49,578 bases of DNA, taken from Enterobacter phage vB_EclS_AS5. Numbering within the stretch: position 1 is the stretch's first letter; each line of letters opens with the position of its first letter. Positions 25,231 through 34,755 of the stretch are shown here, piece by piece. Location of the stretch: sequence record OR753409.1. One strand, written 5' to 3'. The notes beneath the pieces were generated by a model, which was given only the letters and a program-made list of their open reading frames with translations, did not search any database and had not been told where the DNA came from. Both the position numbers and the translations under genes were made by a program.

Positions 25231-25547
25231 TTTTCGTACACACATACAAGATTGGAACAAACGAGAACAAGAAAGAGCGCCGCGCTATTTGGGATAGCCA
25301 AGAGGAGGCGCTTGCGCAGCAGAGAGTTTTGGGTGGCGTGGTTCAGGCGTTTGAGGCAGTTGAAAACCTCGCAGCAAACGAGTATTACAAAGACGTTATT
25401 GTTGACGAGGTGGCAACCATTATCGACGAAATGAGCACAGACGCGCCAGGCTCGCCACGAGAGCTTGAGCCAGGTTCGGCGGCATGGGATAGCTACAAAG
25501 TTAAGACGCTGAATAACATTCGCGATCTACTTGACGAAATTAATTAA
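25227..25547 (+). CDS. Hypothetical protein of 106 aa.
   Basis: ATGA overlap. Confidence 0.55.
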   Translation: MIFVHTYKIGTNENKKERRAIWDSQEEALAQQRVLGGVVQAFEAVENLAANEYYKDVIVDEVATIIDEMSTDAPGSPRELEPGSAAWDSYKVKTLNNIRDLLDEIN

Positions 25548-25613
25548 AATTCTATAGCGTTTAAAGCGCCTCAGAGCGATTCTAAGAGGTGCAAATTTTA
25601 GGAAGGTGATTAC

Positions 25614-25742
25614 ATGGATAACTACGAAAAACCGTCTCAGTGGTGCGCACGCAAGCAGGAGGAGGCGCTTGAGCGCGGAGACCAGAAAGCGTCTTTAAAT
25701 TATTTTCAGATGTTCCAACTTTGGCAAAGCAGAGGGCTATAA
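25614..25742 (+). CDS. Small hypothetical protein of 42 aa.
   Basis: RBS ggaaggtgattacATG. Confidence 0.4.
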   Translation: MDNYEKPSQWCARKQEEALERGDQKASLNYFQMFQLWQSRGL

Positions 25743-25743
25743 A

Positions 25744-25974
25744 ATGTTCGGATTGAATGAGGCAGAATTCAACATCGTCAAGCGTGCGGCAAAAGATTGC
25801 GTAAACGAGATCGCTGATCGCATTGAGCAGAAGGACGAGAAATATGATCGCATTGCTGCGGGTGTTATTTGCAAACACTATCAGCCGATTAGCACTCTGC
25901 TAACGAAAACGCAGTTTATATGGCTCGCCGGATATCTGCGCGGAAGGTGGGGAAAGAATTTTGACCGCGAATGA
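25744..25974 (+). CDS. Hypothetical protein of 76 aa.
   Basis: TAAAATG coupling to the preceding ORF. Confidence 0.5.
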   Translation: MFGLNEAEFNIVKRAAKDCVNEIADRIEQKDEKYDRIAAGVICKHYQPISTLLTKTQFIWLAGYLRGRWGKNFDRE

Positions 25975-26116
25975 TTGACGTCACGCCTCTGATTGGTTAA
26001 CCTAATCCACGTAAACATAAGAGGCTTAATCGAGCAACGCGCCAGGCGACACTGGCAACTACAGCGCCGCGCTGGTTATTTAACCGTAAGACGCGGCGTT
26101 TTAACAGGAGAAAGCA

Positions 26117-26284
26117 ATGAAACGATATCCAGAAGAAAGCGCAAAGGTAACAATCATCGTTGAGCGAAACGGAGTAAAAACTCGCTATAAGAAGCGATTC
26201 AAGAAAGGCGAGGCGATGTTAGGCCGAATCTCTGATTTCATGGTCAAGATTCAAGAGGATAAACCAGATGAAATGGAAGGTTAA
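26117..26284 (+). CDS. Small basic protein of 55 aa.
   Basis: RBS caggagaaagcaATG, an 18-nt context identical to the ssb RBS. Confidence 0.45.
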   Translation: MKRYPEESAKVTIIVERNGVKTRYKKRFKKGEAMLGRISDFMVKIQEDKPDEMEG

Positions 26285-26453
26285 GCTTACCATCCGGCGA
26301 ATGGGGCGACAATGCCGCTCCTGTAAGCAAGTTTTTGAATGCGAGGTTTCAGCCTCAAGCGAGGTAGAGGCGGCGCAGTTTGCAAAGGAGCTTTCTGGTG
26401 CAGATCCAGAAACACACAAATTCTCAATTGACTATTTAAGGAGTTTATCATGA
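26268..26453 (+). CDS. Hypothetical Cys-containing small protein of 61 aa.
   Basis: Overlaps the previous ORF. Contains CRSCKQVFECEV. Confidence 0.5.
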   Translation: MKWKVKLTIRRMGRQCRSCKQVFECEVSASSEVEAAQFAKELSGADPETHKFSIDYLRSLS

Positions 26454-26683
26454 TCTTAGGCTTTGTAATTGGATTCGTTACCGCTATCGTTATGGTTATT
26501 ATTATCGGCGGAGCAGCGCAGAAATACGCAATCAAAAAAGGCTGGTTTGCTTCCGCTATCTGGATCGAGAAAGAGAAGCGCTGGAAAGTGCGCGGTCGAT
26601 TCCTAAGTGTGGCATCTAAGCTTCACGCTGGCATCCTTGAAGAATACCGCTCAGGGCGGAAAACCGTCAAATACGTAGATTAA
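26450..26683 (+). CDS. Small membrane protein of 77 aa.
   Basis: N-terminal TMD ILGFVIGFVTAIVMVIIIGGAA. Confidence 0.5.
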   Translation: MILGFVIGFVTAIVMVIIIGGAAQKYAIKKGWFASAIWIEKEKRWKVRGRFLSVASKLHAGILEEYRSGRKTVKYVD

Positions 26684-26686
26684 TCG

Positions 26687-26713
26687 AAGCCCCGCGTTTG
26701 CGGGGTTTTTTTG
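26687..26713 (+). terminator. Rho-independent terminator at the end of the early region.
   Basis: GCCCCGC-gttt-GCGGGG followed by TTTTTTT. Confidence 0.75.
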
Positions 26714-26752
26714 TGCCTGTTATAATTGGCCTCCAACAAGAGGAGGCTAACC

Positions 26753-27283
26753 ATGAGCAGAGAAGAAAAGCAAAAGCCATTCACGGCTTACAATTTCAAG
26801 AAGCTATATAACAAGCAATATGGCGACATTGCCACGTTAGGCAAGCAACACCGATACACGCCGGAGCAGGTTTTCAATCTTGCTGTCAAATACTTTGAAT
26901 GGGCTGAGTCCAATGCACTAAAGGCGGCTGAATCTTCATCGTTCCAAGGTCGCACGTACCAGGATGAAGTAAACAAGCCACGCGTTTTCACTTTCAACGG
27001 TCTGCGCCTGTTTTGCGGCTGGTCGCGCTGCGCGATGGAGAAATGGAAGAAAGAGCCTGGCTTCTCTGAGGTCATGGAGTTTATCGAATCTGTGATCTAT
27101 GAGCAAAAATTCCAGCTTGCGGCTAACGGCGTGATCAACGCTGCATTCATCGCCAAAGATTTAGGAGTTGATCAGCCAGCGCAAATCAACGTTAGCGCAA
27201 ACTCTGAGTCAAGCGCTGCAATCGCAGAGGTTGGAGCAGACGAGGTGCGCGAGGCGGTTCGTGATATTCTGGCGGAGATTTAA
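26753..27283 (+). CDS. Terminase small subunit.
   Basis: Sits directly upstream of terL. RBS aggaggctaaccATG. Confidence 0.6.
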   Translation: MSREEKQKPFTAYNFKKLYNKQYGDIATLGKQHRYTPEQVFNLAVKYFEWAESNALKAAESSSFQGRTYQDEVNKPRVFTFNGLRLFCGWSRCAMEKWKKEPGFSEVMEFIESVIYEQKFQLAANGVINAAFIAKDLGVDQPAQINVSANSESSAAIAEVGADEVREAVRDILAEI

Positions 27284-27285
27284 TC

Positions 27286-28857
27286 ATGCTGATTTGGGAA
27301 GATTTAACAGTGGCGCAGAAACGCGCCATTAAAGAAATGAGTGAATACTCGTTCGAGAAAATGATCCGTATATGGTTTCAGTTGCTACAGGGGCAGAAGT
27401 TTTTAGGCAACTGGCATTTCAGCTACTTGTGCCACGAGGTGGAGAAAATCATTTCCGGCGAATCGCAAAACGTGATCTTCAACATCACGCCAGGCTCAGG
27501 TAAGACTGAGGTTTTCTCGATCCATATGTCGCCTTATGCGTCGCTGAAAAGCAAGAAGGTGCGAAACCTCAACTTGTCATTCTCTGATGGCCTTGTCCAG
27601 CAGAACAGCAACCGAATCAAGGAAATTATCGGCTCTCCAGAATGGCAGGAGCTATGGCCTGGCAAGCTGGCGAAAGCGAGCGCGAAAGATCTGATTGTGC
27701 AGGACGGCAACGGCAAGGTTAAATTGCAGGTCAACTCTCGCTCCATCGGCGGACAGGTAACGGGTTTGCGTGGCGGCTACATGGATGATGGATTTACAGG
27801 AATGTTGGTACTTGACGATCCAGATAAACCTGACGACATGTTTTCAAAGGTGCGCCGCGAAGCGATTCACAGCCGCCTCAAAAACACCGTTCGATCTCGT
27901 CGAATGAAAGACACCACGCCTATTGTGATGGTTCAGCAGCGCTTGCACGTCAACGATTCGACGTGGTTTATGACAAGCGGCGGTATGGGTGGCATTGAGT
28001 TTAAGGTTGTAAGCATTCCGGCACTGGTAACGAAAGAGTATGGCGATTCGCTACCTGATTGGTTAAAACCAGAGTTTGAGCGTGACGTGCTGAGTAGCGA
28101 GCCAGTTTACATTGACGGCGTGGCTCATTACTCATTCTGGCCTGCAAAGGAGAGTGCAAAGGACTTGCTCGCACTACGGGAAGCGGATCCGTATACTTTT
28201 GCGTCTCAGTACCAGCAACAGCCAATAGCGCTGGGTGGTAACGTGTTCAAGGTGGATTGGTTCCAGTTTTACGGCGACGGAGAGAAATGCACGCTACCGA
28301 AACCGGATCGCTTTGAATATACGTTTATCACTGGCGATACGGCGCAGAAAGCCGGAGAGCTTAACGACTACTCTGTTTTCTGCTATTGGGGCATGTTCAA
28401 GAATCGCGTTTACTTCATTGACGGCATACGCGGAAAATGGGAGGCTCCAGATCTTGAGACGAATTTCAAGGCTTTCGTCAATCAGTGCTGGAAGCGCAAC
28501 AAGGAGTGTGGCAGCTTGCGCCGGATCCACATAGAGGACAAAGCGAGCGGTACGGGTTTGATTCAGGGTGCGCAAAAGAGCTTGCCTATTGATATAAATC
28601 CCGTTCAGCGCAGCACGGACAAAGTTACACGCGCAATGGATGCCGCGCCAGTTATGCGAGCCGGACGCGTTGCTCTACCAGAGAGTCACCCGATGTTAAA
28701 CGAGATTCTCGCAGAGGTAGCGGCTTTCACTTTCGACGACTCACATCCAAACGACGATATCGTAGATAACATTGTTGATGCTGTTAACGTTGAAATGAAC
28801 CTTGCAGACGATCCAGTTGCGCGAATGAAAAAGCTTGCTGGGCTACGGAAGAAATAG
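27286..28857 (+). CDS. Terminase large subunit.
   Basis: N-terminal ATPase with Walker A ITPGSGKT and Walker B LVLDDPD, plus a C-terminal nuclease region. The stop TAG lies in a cassette core. Confidence 0.9.
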   Translation: MLIWEDLTVAQKRAIKEMSEYSFEKMIRIWFQLLQGQKFLGNWHFSYLCHEVEKIISGESQNVIFNITPGSGKTEVFSIHMSPYASLKSKKVRNLNLSFSDGLVQQNSNRIKEIIGSPEWQELWPGKLAKASAKDLIVQDGNGKVKLQVNSRSIGGQVTGLRGGYMDDGFTGMLVLDDPDKPDDMFSKVRREAIHSRLKNTVRSRRMKDTTPIVMVQQRLHVNDSTWFMTSGGMGGIEFKVVSIPALVTKEYGDSLPDWLKPEFERDVLSSEPVYIDGVAHYSFWPAKESAKDLLALREADPYTFASQYQQQPIALGGNVFKVDWFQFYGDGEKCTLPKPDRFEYTFITGDTAQKAGELNDYSVFCYWGMFKNRVYFIDGIRGKWEAPDLETNFKAFVNQCWKRNKECGSLRRIHIEDKASGTGLIQGAQKSLPIDINPVQRSTDKVTRAMDAAPVMRAGRVALPESHPMLNEILAEVAAFTFDDSHPNDDIVDNIVDAVNVEMNLADDPVARMKKLAGLRKK

Positions 28858-28872
28858 CACGAATTGCTAAAA
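28853..28872 (+). promoter_or_regulatory. Cassette core AATAGCACgaatTGCTAAAA with no -10 at the usual spacing. A terminator follows instead.
   Basis: The core is present but the 22-bp spaced -10 is replaced by a terminator hairpin. Confidence 0.4.
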
Positions 28873-28885
28873 GCGTGTACAATAA

Positions 28886-28911
28886 AGGCTGGACTTTTCC
28901 AGCCTTTTTTA
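28886..28911 (+). terminator. Rho-independent terminator between terL and the portal gene.
   Basis: GGCTGGA-cttt-TCCAGCC followed by TTTTTT. Confidence 0.7.
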
Positions 28912-28928
28912 TTATGGGAGATCAGATA

Positions 28929-30203
28929 ATGACAGAGAAAACAAAACTCGTTAAGGCTGACGGCTACAACGAGATCTTTAAAGGGGAGCAGCGAGTAGAG
29001 ACTCCGTTTTATATGCAGGGAGGCGTTGCAAAGCAGAGCCTAGCAACGTTCTATGAGCGTGACGGCATGGCAAAACGAATCATTGACGTGATCCCGGAGG
29101 ATATGGTTACGCCAGGATTTAACGTTGACGGAGTAAAAGACGAGGCAGCGCTCCGCTCTCTTTGGGATGAGAAAAAAATGGACTCAAAGATCATTGACGC
29201 TCTTTGCTGGTCGCGCTTGTTTGGCGGCTCCGCTATTGTCGCTGTTATCAACGATGGGCGAATGCTGAAATCTCCAGCCAAAGAAGGAGCGCCACTTGAA
29301 GATATTCGCGTTTATGACCGATTCCAGATCCGAGTTGAGAAGCGGGAAACAAACGCGCGTAGCGTGCGCTATGGCGAGCCTGTTTTGTACACCATCATGC
29401 CAGGCGGCGAGATTCCAGAGTATCAGGTGCATTACACGCGAATCTGTATCATTGACGGCGAGCGCTTACCTAACGAGCAGCGCCAAAAAAATGATGGCTG
29501 GGGCGCGTCAATCCTAAACAAAAAGCTGATCGAGGCAATCCATGATTATAACTATTGCGAGGAGTTAGCGACTCAGCTTTTGCGTCGCAAGCAGCAAGCA
29601 GTCTGGAAAGCTAAAGGACTAGCGGATTTGTGCGACGATGAAGAAGGTGTATCTGCGGCGCGTCTGCGATTGGCTCAAGTTGACGACGAGGGCGGCGTTG
29701 GTCGAGCAATCGGAATTGACGCAACGGACGAGGAATACGAGGTGCTTAACTCTGATATTTCCGGCGTTGACGCATTCCTTGAGAAGAAAATGGATCGCAT
29801 CGTTTCGCTTACTGGCATCCATGAAATCATCTTGAAGAACAAAAACACCGGAGGCGTTAGCGCAAGCCAAAACACGGCGCTTGATACATATCACAAGCTG
29901 ATTGAGCGCAAACGCAAAGAGGACTACAAGCCGATCCTGGAATTCATCTTGCCATTCATGATCGCAGAGCAAGAGTGGTCTATTTCGTTTGATCCGCTTT
30001 CGGTTCCTAGCGACAAAGACCAGGCTGAAATCCTGAATAAAAACATTGACTCGATCAGCAAGGCGATTGAAGGTCAGTTTATGGATGTTGAGGAAGGACG
30101 CGACACATTGCGCTCTATCGCTCCGTCTCTTAAACTGAAAGACGGAAACAAAATTAAGCTACCGGAGCCGGAGCAGGAGCCGGAGCCAGGAACGGAGGTT
30201 TAA
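28929..30203 (+). CDS. Portal protein.
   Basis: 424 aa, immediately after terL. RBS gggagatcagataATG. Confidence 0.85.
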   Translation: MTEKTKLVKADGYNEIFKGEQRVETPFYMQGGVAKQSLATFYERDGMAKRIIDVIPEDMVTPGFNVDGVKDEAALRSLWDEKKMDSKIIDALCWSRLFGGSAIVAVINDGRMLKSPAKEGAPLEDIRVYDRFQIRVEKRETNARSVRYGEPVLYTIMPGGEIPEYQVHYTRICIIDGERLPNEQRQKNDGWGASILNKKLIEAIHDYNYCEELATQLLRRKQQAVWKAKGLADLCDDEEGVSAARLRLAQVDDEGGVGRAIGIDATDEEYEVLNSDISGVDAFLEKKMDRIVSLTGIHEIILKNKNTGGVSASQNTALDTYHKLIERKRKEDYKPILEFILPFMIAEQEWSISFDPLSVPSDKDQAEILNKNIDSISKAIEGQFMDVEEGRDTLRSIAPSLKLKDGNKIKLPEPEQEPEPGTEV

Positions 30204-30206
30204 TCC

Positions 30207-30956
30207 ATGAAGGTAAAAGGAATCGTTAAACAGTGGCGATTTCCCGAAGCCAGCGAGCGGCAATTAAGCCGCTCCATTAAAGAGGCTGTAAGGGATCTGG
30301 TTGTGTTTATGCGCAGCAAGACAAAGGCGATGAAGTTTGACGCTACAGATCAGGAGATCAGCAGCGCAGAGGACGAGATCAAGGAGTTCGCAAAAGAGCT
30401 TGCACTCTCCCTGATTGGTCTGCTTCCGGCGCTAGCGTCTGCTGTATACAAATTCAACTCTAAGCAATGGGTCAATGTTGCGAAGTCAACCGGAGGGGCT
30501 AACAATCCTGTTATCATCCTGCTAATCGCAGTCGGAGCCAATCAGAGCGAGGAGTGGTATCAAACGCTTTACGGCGAATGGCGCAACATGAGCGCAGCCT
30601 CGTTTGATAAGCTTTTCACAAACATAATTAACGATTGGTCTGCGAACATCCGGCAAGCAAATTTCACAGGAAAGAAAGCAGAGCAGGTAAACGAGATCGC
30701 GGAGCGTCGTTTCATGGTCTACTCGTCTTGGGCTGGCAACCGCGCAACGGGAATCATTGGATCTTGGAATAGTCGCCTTATGCGCCAGAGATTACTTGAC
30801 GCTGGGGTGAATTCTTATTACTGGCATGGTATGCTAGACGAACGCGAGCGACTTAAACACTTACAATGGGAGGGAAAGGAGATCGGGATTGACGAGATTC
30901 ACCCCTTCCCTGGTGAGGAGTACGGTTGCAGATGTTGGGCGATTCCGAAATGGTAA
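30207..30956 (+). CDS. Minor head (head morphogenesis) protein, SPP1 gp7 / Mu F-like.
   Basis: Follows the portal gene. 249 aa. RBS ggaggtttaatccATG. Confidence 0.65.
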   Translation: MKVKGIVKQWRFPEASERQLSRSIKEAVRDLVVFMRSKTKAMKFDATDQEISSAEDEIKEFAKELALSLIGLLPALASAVYKFNSKQWVNVAKSTGGANNPVIILLIAVGANQSEEWYQTLYGEWRNMSAASFDKLFTNIINDWSANIRQANFTGKKAEQVNEIAERRFMVYSSWAGNRATGIIGSWNSRLMRQRLLDAGVNSYYWHGMLDERERLKHLQWEGKEIGIDEIHPFPGEEYGCRCWAIPKW

Positions 30957-30967
30957 AGGAGAATTTA

Positions 30968-32083
30968 ATGAAAAAGGTACAACGTTTTGATAGCGTGCAG
31001 TTTAAAGCGAAGATTGACGAGAACGGTTTTTTAGTTGACCGTCCGATTGTTGCGCGTATCGGATTGCAGGTTTACAAGACTCCGTTTGGAGAGCGTCGAG
31101 AGTTTCGCCCCGCCTCTGAGGTTTTCAAGGCTGACTCCCTGGCTACGTTCTCAGGCAAGCCGATCACAATCGGGCACGTGACTGTAACGCCGGAGAATGC
31201 AAAGGAGGTTGTAGTTGGCGCTTGCGCTGGCGCTGGCGTGCCAAATGGGATCGGGGTTGAGGTTCCGTTAAGCATTTACGACAAGCGAGCAATTCAGAGC
31301 GCCAAAACAAAGCAAACTCCAGAGCTATCGGTTGGTTACACCTCAGTTGATATTGATAAGCCAGGTTGGGGCAATAATGCAACTGGTGAGTATTTCTTTG
31401 ATGAAGATATGCCTGAGGGCTGGAAAGCTGACTCAGATGATTGGGTGCGATTCGATGCGGTTCAAACGAATATCAGCGTTAATCATATCGCTATGGTGTT
31501 CAAAGGCCGCGCAGGTATCGCAAAATTAAATCTTGATAGCGAGCAGGAATTCCCGTATCATGACGAGGAATTTTCAAACAAAGAGGATGAAGTTATGACC
31601 GTAAAAATCAAACTGGACGGCGCGGTAGAGTTTGACGTGCCAAAAGAGGTAGCAGATCACATCAACGCAATCACAGCAAAAGCAGATGCAGCAACCGCAA
31701 AAGCTGACGGCCTGGAAGCGGAGCGTGATGCACTGAAAGCGAAAGTAGACGGCATTCCGGCACAAATCGAGGCTGCGGTTGCTAAGGCAAAAGCTGACGC
31801 AGAGGCGCACGCCGAACTGGTTGCGGTTGCTGGCGAGGCTGGCGTTAAGTGCGACGGCCTGGACGCAAAAGCGATCAAAGTTGCCTACGTCAAAGAGGTT
31901 ACTGGCGCTGACATCGCAGAGAAAACCGACGCTTATATTGATGCGGCGTTTGATCTGGCGAAAAACTCTGATAAAATGGCAGCACAGCGCAAAGCCATTA
32001 AAGGCGATGCAGAGAAGCAAGAGAAGCAAGACGGCGAAGATAAACCGCTGAATCCTGCGGCTCGTTTGGCTAAAGTACAGTAA
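30968..32083 (+). CDS. Putative scaffolding or head-maturation protein with an Ala/Lys/Asp-rich coiled-coil C-terminus.
   Basis: ATG at 30968 after aaaggagaatttaATG. The C-terminal AKADAATAKADGLEAERDALKAKVDG... is typical of scaffolds. Confidence 0.5.
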   Translation: MKKVQRFDSVQFKAKIDENGFLVDRPIVARIGLQVYKTPFGERREFRPASEVFKADSLATFSGKPITIGHVTVTPENAKEVVVGACAGAGVPNGIGVEVPLSIYDKRAIQSAKTKQTPELSVGYTSVDIDKPGWGNNATGEYFFDEDMPEGWKADSDDWVRFDAVQTNISVNHIAMVFKGRAGIAKLNLDSEQEFPYHDEEFSNKEDEVMTVKIKLDGAVEFDVPKEVADHINAITAKADAATAKADGLEAERDALKAKVDGIPAQIEAAVAKAKADAEAHAELVAVAGEAGVKCDGLDAKAIKVAYVKEVTGADIAEKTDAYIDAAFDLAKNSDKMAAQRKAIKGDAEKQEKQDGEDKPLNPAARLAKVQ

Positions 32084-32095
32084 GGAGAAATAAAC

Positions 32096-32581
32096 ATGGC
32101 AATTCCAGCAACTTATCAAGCTACAATGGCACGCGCCCTGCCTGGTCAGGTATCCGACACCTCAGCTTATAACATCGACGGCGCTTGCGTGCTCGACGGC
32201 ACTGACGGACAGGTAAGCGTAGCTAATATCCTGGTTGGCGTTGCGGTACAGCATAACGGCGTTGACTCAATGGGTAACAAGAAAGTCAAGCCTATGGCAA
32301 CTGGTGGTAAGGCTTATGGCGTAGCAATCCGCTCACACTTCCAGACTACTTCCGCCGATGGTCGAATGGTTTATGAAGTTGGTGGCGGAATCAACGTAAT
32401 GACTAAAGGCCGCGTGTGGATGGTTGCAGCAGAAGAAGTAAACGCCTCATTTGGCGATGAGATCAAGCTTGATGAAAATGGTCAAGTCGCATCTGCTGGC
32501 GAAGTAACCACCAACTGGATCGCAACTGGCGACAATACCAAGTTTGGCGATATCTTCTTGGTTGAGGTTCAGGTTCAGTAA
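32096..32581 (+). CDS. Putative head (decoration) protein, paralogous to the product of 32624..33343.
   Basis: Shares the GK.YGVA...GRVW...FGD pattern with the next gene. Lies between the scaffold and major capsid genes. Confidence 0.5.
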   Translation: MAIPATYQATMARALPGQVSDTSAYNIDGACVLDGTDGQVSVANILVGVAVQHNGVDSMGNKKVKPMATGGKAYGVAIRSHFQTTSADGRMVYEVGGGINVMTKGRVWMVAAEEVNASFGDEIKLDENGQVASAGEVTTNWIATGDNTKFGDIFLVEVQVQ

Positions 32582-32585
32582 TATA

Positions 32586-32611
32586 CAGGCGCTCAATGAG
32601 CGCCTTTTTTA
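32586..32611 (+). terminator. Rho-independent terminator.
   Basis: GGCGCTC-aat-GAGCGCC followed by TTTTTT. Confidence 0.75.
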
Positions 32612-32623
32612 TTGGAGGTAAAA

Positions 32624-33343
32624 ATGAGCGATTATTCATCACTGATTGGTGTAGCGGCTCCTGGATGCCTTGTTGACTCAACAACTCACACAATAAACGG
32701 CGCTGGAGTTTGTTATGACAATTACATTTTGCCTGGGGTTGTTGTAAGGATTGCCGACAGGGTTGACGGCTACAACATGATCGGGGTTTCTGGTGGAAAG
32801 GTTGCCGGAGTTGCTGTAAAGCCTTTTATTTGCGGAGAAGTATACGAGCAAGGAGATCCGGTTAGCGTCATATCTCGCGGAAGGGTTTGGTGTTTAACAT
32901 CGTTGGATGAAGCGCCAAATTTTGGCGATCCCGTTCAGGTTGATGTGAGCGGATTTGTTTGCAGCGATGGGATAGAGGCCGTTCCAGGATGGAAGTTTTC
33001 TGGTGAATTTGAGAGGATCGATTATGGTGCTTATATTGCTGGCGTGATTCTTGATTCAGTTATCGTAAACATCCACAAAGTTAAAAGCGCTGAGATTGTC
33101 GCACCATTCGATGAAAGCGAACCACAGCCAAACAACAAGCCATTTACGCTTAAGGTTAATGTCTATCCAGACTACGCAACTGATAAGACTGGAGTTTGGA
33201 CTTGCTACAGCGAAGATCTGGCAGAAGTCGATCAGAATGGAAATGTTTTCCCGAAAGGCATTGGCGGACTTTGCTTTGTTGACTGGACGGCGAACGATGG
33301 AGGAGGGGCTACAGATACCTGTGTGATTACATTTGCCGACTAA
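32624..33343 (+). CDS. Putative head decoration protein with a C-terminal Ig-like (Big_2-type) domain.
   Basis: ATG after ggaggtaaaaATG. The N-terminus is paralogous to 32096..32581. C-terminal TLKVNVYPDYATDKTGVWTCYSEDLAEVDQNG... Confidence 0.55.
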   Translation: MSDYSSLIGVAAPGCLVDSTTHTINGAGVCYDNYILPGVVVRIADRVDGYNMIGVSGGKVAGVAVKPFICGEVYEQGDPVSVISRGRVWCLTSLDEAPNFGDPVQVDVSGFVCSDGIEAVPGWKFSGEFERIDYGAYIAGVILDSVIVNIHKVKSAEIVAPFDESEPQPNNKPFTLKVNVYPDYATDKTGVWTCYSEDLAEVDQNGNVFPKGIGGLCFVDWTANDGGGATDTCVITFAD

Positions 33344-33424
33344 CACAAAAACCTATTGCACGTTTAACAAAAAGTGCTATCATTGAGGCTGTTAATCGCT
33401 AACAGCCTTTTAAGGAGAAGAAAC

Positions 33425-34387
33425 ATGACTAAAAAGTATGACGAATTTGACGCTAGCGTAGTTACCGCTCACCTGCAAATGCAGGGCGTTAAGGCTGACG
33501 CTTCCGACATGGGTATCTGGACTGCGCAGGAGCTTCACAAGATCCGCTCCTCTGCATACGAAAAAGAATACCCTGTAGGCTCCGCGCTGCGTGTGTTCCC
33601 TGTCACCAACGAACTGAGCGACACGGACAAAACTTTCGAATACCAGACTTTTGATAAAGTTGGCTACGCGAAAATCATCGCAGACTACACTGACGATCTG
33701 CCAACCGTTGACGCGCTGATGTCTACTGAGTTTGGTAAAGTGTTCCGCCTGGGTAACGCGTTCCTGATCTCCATTGACGAAATCAAAGCGGGTCAACGTA
33801 CTGGTAAGAGCCTGAGCGCTCGCAAGGCAAACGCCGCGCAGAATGCTCACGATCAGCTTGTTAACTTCCTGGTGTTCAAGGGTTCCAAGCCGCACAAAAT
33901 TCTTAGCGTGTTTGATCACCCTAACCTCACCAAGATTGTTGCGGCTAAACAGTGGTACGACTCAAGCACTAAGACGAAAGAGCCAGAGCAAGCTTTCGAC
34001 GATCTGACTGCGGCAATCGAAGCGCTGGAAACTCAGACCAACGGGCAGCACCGCGCCACCCACATTCTGATCCCGCCAAGCGTGCGCAAAGTCCTGACGG
34101 TTCGCATGGAAAACACCACTGAGAGCTACCTGGAATACTTCCAGAAGCAAAACGGCGGTATCACCATTGAAGCAATCGCAGAGCTTGAAGATATCGACGG
34201 CTCCGGCGGCAAGGGCGTACTGGTGTACGAAAAAGATCCGATGAATATGTCCATTGAGATCCCGGAAGCATTCAATATGCTGCCAGCACAGCCTAAAGAC
34301 CTGCATTTCAAAGTGCCTTGCACCTCTAAATGCACTGGCCTGACAATCTATCGCCCATTAACTCTTGTGTTAATCACTGGCGTGTAA
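33425..34387 (+). CDS. Major capsid protein (HK97 fold).
   Basis: 320 aa in the expected position between decoration and connector genes. RBS taaggagaagaaacATG. Strong terminator downstream. Confidence 0.8.
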   Translation: MTKKYDEFDASVVTAHLQMQGVKADASDMGIWTAQELHKIRSSAYEKEYPVGSALRVFPVTNELSDTDKTFEYQTFDKVGYAKIIADYTDDLPTVDALMSTEFGKVFRLGNAFLISIDEIKAGQRTGKSLSARKANAAQNAHDQLVNFLVFKGSKPHKILSVFDHPNLTKIVAAKQWYDSSTKTKEPEQAFDDLTAAIEALETQTNGQHRATHILIPPSVRKVLTVRMENTTESYLEYFQKQNGGITIEAIAELEDIDGSGGKGVLVYEKDPMNMSIEIPEAFNMLPAQPKDLHFKVPCTSKCTGLTIYRPLTLVLITGV

Positions 34388-34393
34388 TATCAT

Positions 34394-34424
34394 GGGAGCC
34401 TCTTTGGAGGTTCCCTTTTTTTAT
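34394..34424 (+). terminator. Rho-independent terminator after the major capsid gene.
   Basis: GGGAGCCTC..GAGGTTCCC followed by TTTTTTT. Confidence 0.7.
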
Positions 34425-34439
34425 TCAGGAGATAAAGTA

Positions 34440-34712
34440 ATGGCTAAAGAAAAAACTGTAACGCTGGTAAACTCTGGTGTTTGCTCAATCTTCATCAAAG
34501 GTGATCGCTATGTTCCAGGTGATGAAATTGAAGTTTTCGAGTCCGACATTGAGACTTCCGGCATTGAAATGTTGATCGCTCGCGGCGACCTGAAAGTTAA
34601 AAACGACGACGAAAAAACCGAAGCCGTAAAAGAGCGCGTGGGTAAGCGCAAGAAAGCAAGCCCTACCGAGGGCAAGACCAAGAAAGAGCTTGAGGACGGC
34701 GGCGAATTTTAA
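34440..34712 (+). CDS. Hypothetical structural protein of 90 aa.
   Basis: ATG after caggagataaagtaATG. The ORF track started earlier. Confidence 0.5.
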   Translation: MAKEKTVTLVNSGVCSIFIKGDRYVPGDEIEVFESDIETSGIEMLIARGDLKVKNDDEKTEAVKERVGKRKKASPTEGKTKKELEDGGEF

Positions 34713-34718
34713 TCATGA

Positions 34719-34744
34719 GGGAGCCTAGCGCTCCCTTTTCTTTT
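34719..34744 (+). terminator. Rho-independent terminator.
   Basis: GGGAGC-ctag-GCTCCC followed by TTTTCTTTT. Confidence 0.7.
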
Positions 34745-34755
34745 AGGAGGAAATC

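Noticed and set aside
28853-28911. Cassette at 28853 acting as a promoter for the portal gene.
   Set aside because: The 22-bp spaced -10 is absent and a strong terminator occupies that position. Here the core seems to mark a module boundary rather than a promoter.
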